The position numbers and the translations under genes are program-made. A stretch of DNA of 64,000 nt from Eledone cirrhosa (lineage: Eukaryota): the NCBI GenBank assembly GCA_964016885.1, contig OZ024746.1, positions 44,578,001 to 44,642,000 on the forward strand, written 5' to 3'. Each line of letters begins with the position of its first letter. Position 1 is the stretch's first letter. A model generated the notes under the pieces. It saw only the letters and a list, made by a program, of their open reading frames with translations, was not told the DNA's origin and did no database searches. This document shows positions 24,217-37,353 of this stretch, in pieces.

Positions 24217-26198
24217 ATGGCTACTTCACCTCTGCACGAAGCAGCTGAAAGCCTTCCTCACAAAATAACACCTCACACCGACACCACCATTGTAAATGTT
24301 ACTACGTTTGCCAACACAAAAAAAAATATAAGCAGTAGCAATATTTTAAATTTGTCTCAGGCAGACATTCATTTCCCGCCATTACCAATGACTGCAGGTG
24401 TTAAAGCCTCCACCACCACCACCACCGTGACAACCAGCACCACCACCACCACCGCGACAACAGAAACAAAAGAAGAAAAAAATAAATTAACTCGTGATGT
24501 CGAAATGAAATCAAGCAAAATGGACTCTTCCCCACCAAAGATGACTGACATCACCACCACAACTGAAACTAAAATTAATATTAACGATAGCAACAACAAC
24601 AACAATGACATTATAACCCCCCCCCCCCTCAGTTTCGCCAGAGTAGCAAAACAATTCGAAGCATTTACCGTAACTCAAGAAGATTTAGAAAATGCCAAAC
24701 AAATGGTAAAGAAAGATGGGTACAGGGTCAGCCCCCCCCCACCTAATAAAATGGAGCATCGACGCCTATGCACCGTGTCGTATAGAACAATAAATGTAAA
24801 ATCGCGCCGAGTGGAACGGGCATCCGAGTCCCAAATCCAAAAAGCTTTGGGACATGTGTGGGCAAGAAAAACCCACATCAGACGTGGGCAAAAGTATGGA
24901 ACCGTGGATGTGTTCTTTGAAACACCAGAGGAGGCTAGAGAACACTCCATGGCCCCATTAAAAAGTGACGACTTCACACTCGTCCCAAGCTATTGTGGCC
25001 AGAGACTCGTAAAGATCAGGGTGACCCACGTTCCACCGGCCATCGAAATTCCCTGGCTAATAGCGGCTGTCCTCGCCGGCATCGAGGCCAACACGAAAAT
25101 AATAACAATAGCAAAAGAAAAGCAGGAAAACTGGTCCGGATCTGGGATGGAGCTCCTGATCCAAGCGGACCAAAAAAGCATTGAGGAGATCCCAGAGGTA
25201 ATAGACCTCACTGACGGCAGCCACCTCACCGTAATTGTTGAGGGCAGAAGACCTAGGTGTGTCGTTTGTGGTGAAGGAACCCACCTAAGGGCTTTCTGCC
25301 CTCAGGTTAAAAGGTTGAGGCCACCTCTCCTACCCACCCCAGTGACACAACCATCAACACCACCAGTAGCAGAGATGCCAGCAACAACTGTAGCAGCAAC
25401 AACAGAAGCAACTATAACAGCAACAACCCCAACAACAGTAGCAAAACCAACACCACTACCACCACCAGCAAAACCAACACCACCACCACCCAACGCTTCA
25501 GAACTAGCACCAGCGCCTACACCATCCACCACACCACAACCAAAACTAACGGCTGTGGAGGATTTTCCACTCCCCGGCCTATCACAACTGGAGACAGATT
25601 GTGACGACGAGGAGTGGGAAACGATATCCGGAAAAAAAAAAGAAACCAAAAAAGAAAAAATTCTCTTCCTTCCCCCTCCAAAAACAAAATACAGAGGGAA
25701 ACAAATAAACTAAGAAACAAAAAAGTTAGGACAGATATGCCACCATCCACACCAGCATCACCAACCTCATCAACCCAAACACCAACACCATCACCATCAT
25801 TAACTCCAACACCACCATCACCTACACCACAAAAGTCACCAAAATGCGAAACAGAAACAAACCCACAACAAACGCAAACAAAACAAAACAACCAAAACGA
25901 TACACACTACACAGCATTAAATTTGAACAACAAGCAATTATTGCACTACATCCAACACAACACCAGCATCACAGAAAAAGACTACACAACAACCCCAAAA
26001 TTCACACCACCTCCACACATACAAATCACTCGCATCACACAGAAAACGTACATGACACTAAAACAAAAATTCCCCAAAGACATCGGAGACTTCCGACAAG
26101 CACTCTCCAGGAGGATTTATAAGGACATCCTTCCTGAGGAGGCCACAAGCAGTGAAAAGGATGGAAAAACCGTCCTTCCCCTACGAGAAGTAAGGTAA
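24217..26198 (+). pseudogene. T2 ORF1, one apparent frameshift in an A-run near 25635
   Basis: 498-aa ORF with an RRM-like region and CVVCGEGTHLRAFC knuckle, continued by 25614-26198. The homopolymer frameshift could be a sequencing error. Confidence 0.8.
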
Positions 26199-26232
26199 GT
26201 GGTCTTTCCCATCTTTTCCACTCCTTTTCAAC

Positions 26233-29200
26233 ATGACCTCACTCAGAATAGGCAGCATAAATGCGCGTGGCTTGGGGTCGTCATGGAAGCAGGGCCACCT
26301 GCTTAACGACCTCAGGTCACTAAACATAGATGTAGTGGCCATCAGCGAGACCAGAATCTCCGAAGCACAGGCTTTCGCACCGATCTTCGGCGGCTACGAT
26401 GTGTACGCATCTCCCAGCCGTCCGGGATCGGGGGGAGGAGTTGCTGTGCTTTTTCGGAGAGGTTTGGATCTTTCCATACGTGCCATCTTCCTGGACCCAG
26501 AAGGTAAGTTGGTGGTGCTGGACGTGACCAGCGGAGACGGGCAAGCTTTCAGGTTAGTGGCCGTCTATGCCCCGACAGGAGCAGGGCGGCCTGATTTCTT
26601 CCGGCGTCTGGAGACCTTTCTTGGAACGTCCCGCTCTTTAGTGTTAGTGGGCGACTGGAACGGGATCTTAGATGCACGCTGGGATTGTGTGGGATTAGTG
26701 GATAGGGAAGGAGGGTGCAAGAGTCTCACCAACCTGCTCAGACGTTTTGAACTGTCTGACAGGTACCGAATGGATTTCCCGAATGTACCAATGTGGACTT
26801 GGACAAATCGCATAGGGTCATCCAGATCATATCTAGATAGAGTATTTTGTAGGGAAATAGATAGGTCTAGCATAGGCTGTCCACAATTCAAGATAGTCAG
26901 CTACACGGACCACAAATTCGTGATCTGTGTGCTTGACTTAGATAGGCTTCATAGACGAGGACCCGGCTACTGGAAGCTAAACGCGTCCTTACCAGCGCGC
27001 AAGGCCTACAGAGACCGGATTAGCGAACTAGTTAAGCGGGCGTTGACGGGGGCCATCGTCAACAACAAGTGGTGGTTTGCACAGAAAAGAGCAATTAGAA
27101 TAGAGTCCATTAGGTTTAGTAAGACTTTAGCAATAGAGAAAAATAGAGCAGAGGGAGAATTAGTTAGAAAATTAGATGAGGCGCTTAGCAAAGGCATCTC
27201 GACCGACGTACTTGCGGCGAAATTGGCCCTTGACCAATTCTTCAATGCAAAGCAAGAAGGCTGCGTTGTCAGAGCTAGGGTGCGTGCTCTCAGACACGAG
27301 GGGACGAAAGCCGTTCAATGGGCCCGAGTGGCGATGCGCGTCGTGGCAACAAAGCCACGATCCGGTCTTTGGTGGAACACGACGGGCGCATGCTACTCGA
27401 TCCCGGGCAAATGTGTGAAGCTTTTCAGCGACACTTCGCTCAACTGTTCGGGGGAAGTGGCGGGCCGGATCGAGGGATGGACTTTAGTGTCTACCTCGAC
27501 GGACTGCCGCGGCTTTCGGCCACTGAGGCGGAGTGTTGCGAAAAGCCGATAACAACCGCTGAAGTACGGGATGCAATGACTAGTTGCACAAGGGGTAAAT
27601 CGCCTGGTTTGGATGGTCTGCCCTATGAACTTTACGTACAAATGCCAAACTTGTTCGGAGGCCTCTTGGCGGACGTCTACTGCAACTGGCAACAGAACGG
27701 GAGAATTCCCAGCTCTGTGAGCCGAGGAGCGGTGGCGCTGCTGAGAAAGGATCCGAACAAGGGGGATAACATAGATAATTTTAGGCCCATAACCCTGCTA
27801 AACACAGAGTTCAAGATTTTGGCCAAGGTGCTAGCAAAGAGGTTGGCGCTTGTCGTTGGTGGTCTGGTGGGAGAGGCACAGACATGCGCCATTCTCGACA
27901 GATCCATCCACGACAACCTCCACCTCATGCGATACATCGTGGAGAGGGTAGTAGGGAACCTGGCACGGGTGACCCCTTGATCAATTTAGATTAATCGAAA
28001 GCTTTCGATAGGGTCGACCATCGTTAGCTAGCGGCAGTCCTGAGGGCGGCTGGCTTTGGGCCCGTCTTCAGAGGCTGGATCGCTGCCATGCACAGCGACA
28101 TCTGCTCTGTAGTGAGAGTGAACGGTCACCTTTCGGAACCGTTCAACATCATGCGCTCGGTCCGCCAAGGATGTCCCCTCTCGTCCCTATTGTACGTATT
28201 GACTCTCGAGCCATTACTGCACAAACTGGAGACGTTGAGGGGGGTCCCGCGCGAACTAGGATGCGGAAGATCCGTGTCAGCATATGCCGACGATGTCACC
28301 GTAGTGGTGTCGAACGCCAAACACATCGAGGCGATCGGCACTACACTAAGAGAATACGAAGCGGTGACAGGAGCAATGATCAACCAGGAAAAGTCAGTGG
28401 GCCTGTAGGTCGGCACCTGGAGAGGCAGGTCCATGCCGTCCAACAGCGTCGTCGGGCGCTGGACGGACGGACCGGTTAAATTGCTAGGGGTCTGGTTCGG
28501 TCCAGACCTCCAGACGGACAAAAACTGGGACGAGGTGACGAGCAGGGTGGCTTCTCTCACCCAGAAATGGGCCGAGAGGAAGCTATCCCTGAAAAGTCGA
28601 GCGGAGGTGGCGAATGCGTACATCGCATCCGTCATCTACTACCGCCTGACCGTCGTACCTTGTCCTAAGCCCCGCCTGACTGCGCTGGAGCGTTTGCTCT
28701 TTCGCTTCTTGTGGAAGGGACGCGCTCCGATGGTCAGGCGGTCCATCTGCTGTCAACACCCGCTACGTGGAGGGCTGGGCATGCCGTGGCTGATGATGCG
28801 CAGACACGCGCTCAGGCTACGACATCTGCACCTCTTCCTCGACGGTGATCAGGTGTGGTCGCCGTTTGCAAAACACGTTTTTCCCCAGCTCGTCTCCTTG
28901 ACGGAGCTGCAGTCCAGGGTCAAGCGAAGACCGAGAGGGAGCGCTTGGAGAATGGAATGTCTTCAGGCGCTCACAGCCCTCGACCAATCGGGCAATGTGA
29001 TCGGTGGAAACTCCACCTTGGCGTTATATAGGGGATTAGTGGAGAGGAAGAGCGACGACGTACTTGGAGAAACTCTAGGCGTCGACGAAAATCAACTAGC
29101 CAATCTCTTCGGAAGGACTTTCGGGCCTGGGCCTATGGACAACTTCCAGAAATCCCTGGCCTGGCAGTGCTACCGAGGAGCTTTGCCAGTTCGGGATAAA

Positions 29201-29651
29201 CTCTACAGGCATGGAGGTGCCGTCAGCCGGGCATGTCCGAGATGCGCGCAGGGCGACGAAACCGTCCTGCACGCACTCGTCCAGTGTCCGAGCATTGCTG
29301 ACTTGTGGGTTTATGTCGAACACCTGCTGTCACGTGTAGGACGGATCCAGCTATCAGCTGAGTCCATCGTGAGGATTGCCCCACCCCCTTCCTTTAGCCT
29401 GGAAGGGCAGGCAGTTTTTATCTGTCTGGTGGCCATGGCGAAAGAGATAGTATGGTGGACACGTTTGAAAGGGCTGAAGACGAGCACTTACCTCTTCGGT
29501 GATGCCCTGATTAACTTTTTCAAATTTCATTTGAAAAGGAAAATCAGGGTAGAGAGGGAAGTGCTCTCTTCCAGAGCATTTTGTTGAAAGATGGGTGAGA
29601 GAAGCAAGTATGGCCCGAATGAATGGGCCTTCTCTGAGTATGTGTCTGTAA
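26233..29651 (+). pseudogene. T2 ORF2 (APE-RT-CCHC), disrupted
   Basis: APE (NARGL, SETR, VYAP, GDWN, YLDR, TDHK), RT (NFRPITLLN, VRQGCPLS, AYADD), C-terminal CPRC..H..C. Confidence 0.93.
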
Positions 29652-29894
29652 ATTAAAGGTGGAAAACTGGGAGAGGGCACTTGCCCTGGTGGTCAGGGCC
29701 ACTGTTGTCTTTTAATGGGCTTTCTCCACAAATGTCCCTTGGAAGTCTCCCCCCTATTGGGGAATTTTTTCTTTGTTATTTTATTTCAACCTCTGTTTTT
29801 TTACACGCAGAAATGCCCATTTGTACCGTCCTGTATTGTCCTGTACTGTCCTTAATGTCTACTTTATGTGAACCCTTGTGGTTAATAAAGAAAA

Positions 29895-29937
<43 letters not shown>

Positions 29938-30693
29938 GTTCTTTGAGTCTCAGTCATTGATGTTATTTAACTGGAAAATTTGTAGAAATGAATATCAAGT
30001 CGCTACCTGCAGCCTCAGATATTCAGGACGTATCGGAGGGTTCATGTTGTTCCCGGCAAGCATGCCTTTTGAAGTGTTCCAAAAAGCGGGGCTGGACAAA
30101 CTTTCTTTAACCATCCTTGGTTAGTACCTAGTGCGCCTATGACAATCGGGATGACTCTGATTTCATGGCAGTTCCAAATCATTTTTACCTCCCAGTTTAA
30201 GTCCTGGTATCGATTAATTTTCTCCATCTCCTTCTCTTGTACACTCGTGTCAAATGGGCAGGCTACATCTACAATCAGACACGATCTTTTGTTTTTTTGC
30301 CATTGTCCAAAACCACCAGGTAAGGCCTATTGTGTTCCAGTTTCTTATCCGTCTGTATCCTAAAATCCAATAGCACCTTCATCTGATCGTTTTCTATCAC
30401 CGACTCTGGCTTATGCTCATGCCATTTCTCAGAATGTGGTAAATTGTTTACTTTGCATAGGTGCCAGCGGATCAACCTGCCAATCACATCATGCCTCCAG
30501 CCTTTATAGTGAGTCAGGTCTAGGTGTTTACACTCGGATACAATGTGAGCTAGAATCTCCTCTCTCCACAGATCCTACACAGTGGGCTAGCCTCCTCCTT
30601 GTAAATATGGTGTTTCACCCACTTCGTTTTGAGTGCCTGCTCTTGCGCAGCCATTAGCATTCCTTCTGTAGCCTTTTTAAGGTCTCCTCTTTT
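29938..30693 (-). mobile_element. 5'-truncated family A-related R4/Dong fragment
   Basis: Same 3' end as A1 (GTTCTTTGAGTCTCAGTCA). RLE and CCHC remnants; more diverged than A1/A2. Confidence 0.88.
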
Positions 30694-30864
30694 TAATTTT
30701 GTATCAGAAATTTTATAGTCAGAAAAGAAAATGGCTAAAAAATAACAGCCAAATAACTTCACCACCAACACCACCACCGCCGTCGCCATCATCACCACTA
30801 CCACAAAAAATCTAGCCAAAATCCAAATACAAACCAGCACCATCCCTATATTATTATTATTATT

Positions 30865-31077
30865 GTTCTATGAGTCTCAGTCATTGATGTTAGTTAACTG
30901 GAAAGTTTGTTGAAATGAATATCAAGCCACTACCTGCAGCCTCAGATATTCAGGACGTATCGGAGGGTTCTTGCTGTTCCCAGCAAGCATGCCTTTTGAA
31001 GCTATGCCAAAAAGCCTGGCGGGGCCAATTTTCTTTAACCATCCCTGGAAACTTTTTGAGATAGTACCTAGTGCGCC

Positions 31078-31078
<1 letters not shown>
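30865..31078 (-). mobile_element. Short 3' fragment of family A
   Basis: ~214 bp matching 6608-6820, between (TTA)n tracts. Confidence 0.9.
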
Positions 31079-31133
<55 letters not shown>

Positions 31134-33145
31134 ATTATTGGCGACCTACGTAGGAAATCGTATTATCGGAGCTCCGCGAAGGTTTGTTGTTTTCAGTTGT
31201 TTAAAATTGCCATTTATGGAAAATTTTTCTTGTTAAGTGTTTATAAGTTCACATATATTGCTTTCGGAAAAGGAAACTCAAAATGATTGGGGCCTTGAGC
31301 CCAACATTTAAACTTTTATAATTATCAAACAAAAAATTTCTTTGAAAAAATCATGAACGACTGACAGCCAGACCAAGCTGACAGCCTTCCTCACACCAAC
31401 ACCACCATTGTAAATATTACTACGTTTGCCAACACTAAAAATATAAGCTGTAGCAATAATTTAAATTTGTCTCATGCAGACATTCATTTTCCGCCGTTAC
31501 TATAAACTGCAGGTCTTAAAAGCCGCAACCCCCACCACCACCACAGCGACAACTGAAACAAAAGAAAAAAATAAATTATTATCTCGTGACATCGAAATGG
31601 ATTCACCCAGAATCGACTCTTCCACACCGAACACCACTGACGCCACCACCACCACAACTGAAACTAAAGATAACAATAACAAAAATAACAATAACAACAA
31701 CAGCAACAACATCAATGAGAATAACAACAAAAACATCAACACCACCGCAAATGTGTCGTTTGCCAAAGCAGCCAAGGAATGCGAAACAATCGAGGTAACT
31801 CAGGAGGAATTAAATGAAGCCAAGAGAATGGTAAAGAAATATGTGTACAGGTTAAGCCTCACCTCCCACCTAATAAAATGGAGATCGACGCCTATGCACC
31901 GTGTCTTATCGGACGATTAACACAAAATCGCGCCGAGTGGAACGGGCATCCGAGTCCCAAATCCCAAAAGCTTCGGGTCATGTGTGGGCCGAAAAGCCCC
32001 ACATCAGACGTGGGTAGAAATATGGAACCGCGGACGTGTTCTTTTGAACCCCACAGGAGGCCAGAGAGCACTCCATGGCCCCATTAAGAAGCGATGACTT
32101 CACACTCGTCCCAAACTATTGTGGCCAGAGACTCGTGAAGAACAGGGTGACCCACGTTCCACCGGCCATCGAAATTCCCTGGCTAATAGGTGCCGTCCTC
32201 GCCAGCATCGAAGCCAACACCAAAATAATTGAAATATCAAAAGAAACGCAGGAGAACTGGTCCGGATCTGGGATGGAGCTCCTGATCGAAGCGGACCAAA
32301 AAAGCATTGAGGAAATCCCAGACGTAATAGACCTCACTGACGGCAGCCACCTCAACGTAATCGTCGATGTTAGAAGGCCTAGGTGTGTCGTTTGTGGTGA
32401 AAAAAAACCCACCTAAAGGCTTTCTGCCCTCAGGCGAAAAAGTTGAGGCCACCTCTCTTACACACCCCAGTGACTCAACCATCAACACCACCAGCAGCAT
32501 AAGTGGCAGCAACAACTGTAGCAGCAACAACAGAAGCAACTGTAGCAGCAACAACCCCAGCAACAGCAGCGAAACCAACACCACCACCACCACCCACCGC
32601 GCCAGAACTAGCACTAGCGCCTCTAACATTCACCATGCCACAACCAAAACCAACGCCTGTGAAGGATTTTCCACTCCCCGACCTATCGCAACTGGAGACA
32701 GATGTGACGACGAGAAGTGGGAAACTGTATCAAGTAAAAAGAAGAAAAACAAACAACCAAAAAAGAAAAAATTCTCTTCCCTCCCCCTCCAAAAACAAAA
32801 TACAGAGGGAAACAAATAAATTATCAATCAAAAAAGTTAGGAAAGATATGCTACCATCCACACCAGCATCACCAACCCCATCAGCGCAAACACCAACACC
32901 ATCACCATCATTAACCCCAACACCACCATCACCAACACCACAAAAGTCACCAAAAAGCGTAACAGAAACAAACCCACAACAAAGTCAAACAAAACAAAAC
33001 AACCAAAACGATACACACTACACAGCATTAAATTTGTTGTTTGATAATTATAAAAGTTTAAATGTTGGGCTCAAGGCCCCAATCATTTTGAGTTTCCTTT
33101 TCCGAAAGCAATATATGTGAACTTATAAACACTTAACAAGAAAAA

Positions 33146-33336
33146 GGGTGGTGGATTGGCAGTATCGGTAGAGAGTCGGACGCCATGCTTTGACGCATAG
33201 AGTTACGGCCCTTGCCATTCTGAGTTCAAATTCCGCCGAGGTTAACTTTGCCTTTCATCCTTACGGGGTCGATAAAATAAAGTACCAGTAATGCACTGGG
33301 ATAATTGCTGGCCTTGTGCCAAAAGTAGAAACAATT
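33146..33336 (+). mobile_element. tRNA-derived SINE with Meta-like core
   Basis: A-box-like TGGCAGTATCGG, B-box-like GAGTTCAAATTCC, core ACTTTGCCTTTCATCCTTACGGGGTCGATAAAATAAAGTACCAG. TSD ATTAAATTTG at 33027-33036 and 33334-33343. Confidence 0.88.
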
Positions 33337-33650
33337 AAATTTGAACAACAACCAATTATTACACTACATGCAACACAACACCAGCATCACAGAAAAAGAC
33401 TACACAACAACCCAAAAGTTCACACCACCTCCACACATACAAATCACTCGCATCACACAGAAAACGTACACGACACTAAAACAAAAATTCCCCAAAGACA
33501 TCGGAGACTTCCGACAAACACTCTCCAGGAGGATTTAAAAGGACATCCTTCCGGAGCAGGCCACAAGCAGTGAAAATGATGGAGAAACCAACCTTCCTCT
33601 ACGAGAAGTAAGGTAAGTGGTCTTTCCCACTTTTTCCACTCCATTTCAAC

Positions 33651-36600
33651 ATGACCTCACTCAGAATAGGCAGCATAGATGCGCGTGGCTTGGGGTCGTC
33701 ATGGAAGCAGGGCCACCTGCTCAACGACCTCAGGTCACTAAACATAGATGTAGTGGCCATCAGCGAGACCAGAATCTCCGAAGCACAGTCCTTCACACCT
33801 ATCTTCGGCGGCTACGATGTGTACGCATCTCCCAGTCGTCCTGGATCGGAGGGAGGAGTTGCTGTGCTTTCTCGGAGAGCTTTGTATCTCGCCATACGGG
33901 CCATCTTCCTGGACCCAGAAGGTAAGTTGGTGGTGCTGGACGTAACAAGCGGAGACGGACAAGCTTTCAGGCTAGTGGCCGTCTATGCCCCGACGGGAGC
34001 AGGGCGGCTTCATTTCTTCGGGCGTCTGGAGACCTTTCTTGGAACGTCCCGCTCGTTAGTGTTAGTGGCCGACTGGAACGGGATCTTAGATGCACGGTGG
34101 AACTTTGGGGGGTTAGCGGATAGGGGAGGAGCGTGCAAGAGCCTCACCAACCTGCTCAGGCGTTTTGAACTGTCTGACAGGTACCGAGTGGATTTTCCCG
34201 AATGTGCAAATGTGGGCTTGGACAAACCGCATCGGGTCATCCAGATCATATCTAGATAGAGTATTTTGTAGGGAAATAGATAGGTCTAGCATAGGCTGAC
34301 CACAATTCAAGATAGTCAGCTACACGGACCACAAATTCGTGATCTGTGTGGTTGACTTAGATAGGCTTCATAGACAAGGACCCGGCTACTGGAAGCTAAA
34401 CGCGTCCTTACCAGCGCGCAAGGCCTACAGAGACCGGATTAGCGAACTAGTTAAGCGGGCGTTGACGGGGGTCATCGTCAACAACAAGTGGTGGTTTGCT
34501 CTGAAAAGAGCGATTAGAATAGAGTCCATTAGGTTTAGTAAGGCTTTAGCTATAGAGAAAAATAGAGCAGAGGGAGAATTAGTTAGAAAATTAGACAAGG
34601 CGTTTAGCAAAGGAATCGCGACCGACGTACTTGCGGCGAAATTGGCCCTTGACCAATTCTTCAATGCAAAGCACGAAGGCTGCGTTGTCAGAGCTAGGGT
34701 GCGTGCTCTCAGACACGAGGGGACGGAAGCCGTTCAATGGGCCCGAGTGGCAGAGGCGCGTCGTGGCAACAAAGCCACGATCCGGTCTTTGGTGGACCAC
34801 GATGAGCGCATGCTACTCGATCCCGGGCAAATGTGTAAAGCTTTTCAGCGACACTTCGCTCAGCTCTTCAGGAGCAGCGGCGGGCCGGATCGAGGGATGG
34901 GCTTTAGTATCTACCTCGACGGACTGCCGCGACTTTCAGCCACTGAGGCGGAGTGTTGCGAAAAGCCGATAACAGACGCTGAAGTCTGGGTGGCAATGAC
35001 TGGCTGCACAAGGGGTAAATCGCCTGGTTTGAATAGTCTTCCCTATGAACTTTACGTACAGATGCCAGACTTGTTCGGAGGCCTCTTGGCGGACGCCTCC
35101 TGCAACTGGCAACAGAACGGGAGAATTCCCAGCTCTGTGAGCCGAGGAGCGGTGGCGCTGCTGCTGAGAAAGGATCCGAACAAGGAAGATAACATAGATA
35201 ATTTCAGGCCCATAACTTTGCTAAACACAGAGTTCAAGATTTTGGCCAGGGTGCTAGCAAAGAGGTTGGCGCTTGTCGTTGATGGTGTGGTAGGAGAGGC
35301 GCAGACATGCGCCATTCCCGACAGATCCATCCAAGACAACCTCCACCTCATGCGATACATCGTGGAGAGGGTAGCTATTGAACCTGGCACGGGTGGGTCC
35401 TTGATCAATTTAGATCAGTCGAAGGCTTTAATTAGGGTCGACCATCGTTACCTAGCAGCAGTCCTGAGGGCGGCTGGCTTAGGGCCCGTCTTCAGGGGCT
35501 GGATCGCTGCCATGCACAGCGACATCTGCTCTGTGGTGAGAGTGAATGGTCACCTTTCGGAACCATTCAACATCATGCGCTCGGTCCGCCAAGGATGTAC
35601 CCTCTAATCCCTCGTGTACATATTGCCTCTCGAGCCATTACTGCACAAACTGGAGACGTTGAGGGGCCTCCCGCGCGTACTAGGATGCGGAAGATCCGTG
35701 TCAGCATATGCGGACGATGTCACCGTAGTGGTGTCGAACGCCAAACACATCGACGCGATCGGCACTACACTAAGAGAATACGAAGCGGTGACAGTAGCAA
35801 TGATCAAACAGGAAACGTCAGTGGGCCTGCAACTCGGCACCTGGAGAGGCAGGTGCATGAGGTCCAACAGTGTCGTCGGGCGCTGGACGGACGGACCGGT
35901 TAAATTGCTAGAGGTCTGGTTCGGTCCAGACCTCCAGACGGACAAAAGCTGGGACGAGGTGCCGAGCAGGGTGGCTTCTCTCACCCAGAAATGGGCGGAG
36001 AAGAAGCTATCCCTGAAAGGTTGAGCGGAGGTAGCTAACGCGTACATCGCGTCTGTCATCTACTACCGTCTGACCGTCGTACCTTGTCCTAAGCCTCGCC
36101 TGACTGCGCTGGAGCGTTTGCTCTTTCGCTTTTTGTGGAAGGGACGCGCTCCGATGGTCAGGCCGTCCATCTGCTGTCAACACCCGCTACGTGGAGGGCT
36201 GGGCCTGCCGTGGCTGATGATGCGCAGATACGCGCTCAGGCTACGACATCTCCACCCTTTCCTCGACGGTGATCAGGTGTGGTCGCCGTTTGCTAGACGC
36301 GTCTTTCTGCAGCTCGTCACCTTGACGTAGCTGCAGTCCAGGGTCAAGCGAAGAACGAGAGGGAGCGCTTCGAGACTGGAATGTCTTCAGGCGCTCACAG
36401 CCCTCGACCAATCGGGCAATGTGATCGTGAAAACTCCACCGTGGCATTCTATAGAGGATTAGTGGAAGGGGAGAGCGACAACGTACTTGGGGAAACTCTA
36501 GGCGTTGACGAAAATCAACTAGCCAATCTCTTCGGAAGACCTTTCGGGCCGGGGCCTACGGTCAACTTACAGAAATCCCTAGCCTGGCACTGCTACCGAG

Positions 36601-37073
36601 GATCTTTGCCAGTTCGGGATAAACTCTACAGGCATGGAGGTGCCGTCAGCGGGCATGTCCGAAATGCGCGCAGGGCGACGAAACCGTCCTGCACGCACTA
36701 GTCCAGTGACCGAGCATTGCTGACTTGTGGATTTATGTCCAACACCTGCTGTCGCGTGTAGGACGGATCCATCTATCAGCTGAGTCCATTGTGAGGATTG
36801 CCCTGCCCTATTCCTTTAGCCGAGAAGGGCAGGCAGTTTTTATCTGTCTGGTGGCTATGGTGAAAGAGATAGTATGGTGGACACGTTTGAAAGGGCTGAA
36901 GACGAGCATTTACTTCCTCGGTGATGCCCTGATTAAATTTGTTCAAATTACATTTGAAAAGGAAAATCAGGACAGAGAGTGAAGTGCTCTCTTCCCAGCA
37001 TGTTGTTGAAAGATGGCTGAGAGAGGCAAGAATGGCTCGAGTTAATGGCCCTAATCTGAGTATGTGTCTGTAA
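33651..37073 (+). pseudogene. T3 ORF2 (APE-RT), disrupted
   Basis: ORF pieces 33651-34259, 34339-35607, 35614-36024 and later ones are collinear with T2 ORF2. Confidence 0.9.
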
Positions 37074-37353
37074 ATTAAAGGTGGAAGACTGGGAGAGGGC
37101 ACTTGCGCTGGTGGTCAGGGTCACTGTGGCTTTTTAATGAGCTTTCTCCACGAATGTCCCTCGGAAGTCTCCCCACTATTGCGGAATCTTTCATTGTTAT
37201 TTTTTTGTTACATCCTCTGTTTTTGTTTTTTTTACACGCAGAAATTCCCATTTGTACCGTCCTGTATTGTCCTGTACTGTCCTTAATGTCTACTTTATGT
37301 AAACCCTTGTGGTTAATAAAGAAAGCATTATTATCATCATCATTATTATTATT

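Larger units (their letters stand above)
24008..29895 (+). mobile_element. Tx1/L1-type LINE copy T2, full length, best preserved
   Basis: Starts GGCGACCTACGTAGG directly after (TTA)n. ORF1 and ORF2 present. Ends AATAAAGAAAAC-(ATT)n. Confidence 0.95.
31140..37326 (+). mobile_element. Tx1/L1-type LINE copy T3, full length, degraded, with SINE insertion
   Basis: Same 5' end as T2. ORF1 remnants 31350-33617, ORF2 from ATG 33651 to ~37073, 3' UTR and (ATT/ATC)n tail. Confidence 0.93.

Noticed and set aside
33146-33240. tRNA gene
   Set aside because: A and B boxes are present but it continues into a SINE core and tail with a TSD; no intact cloverleaf seen.
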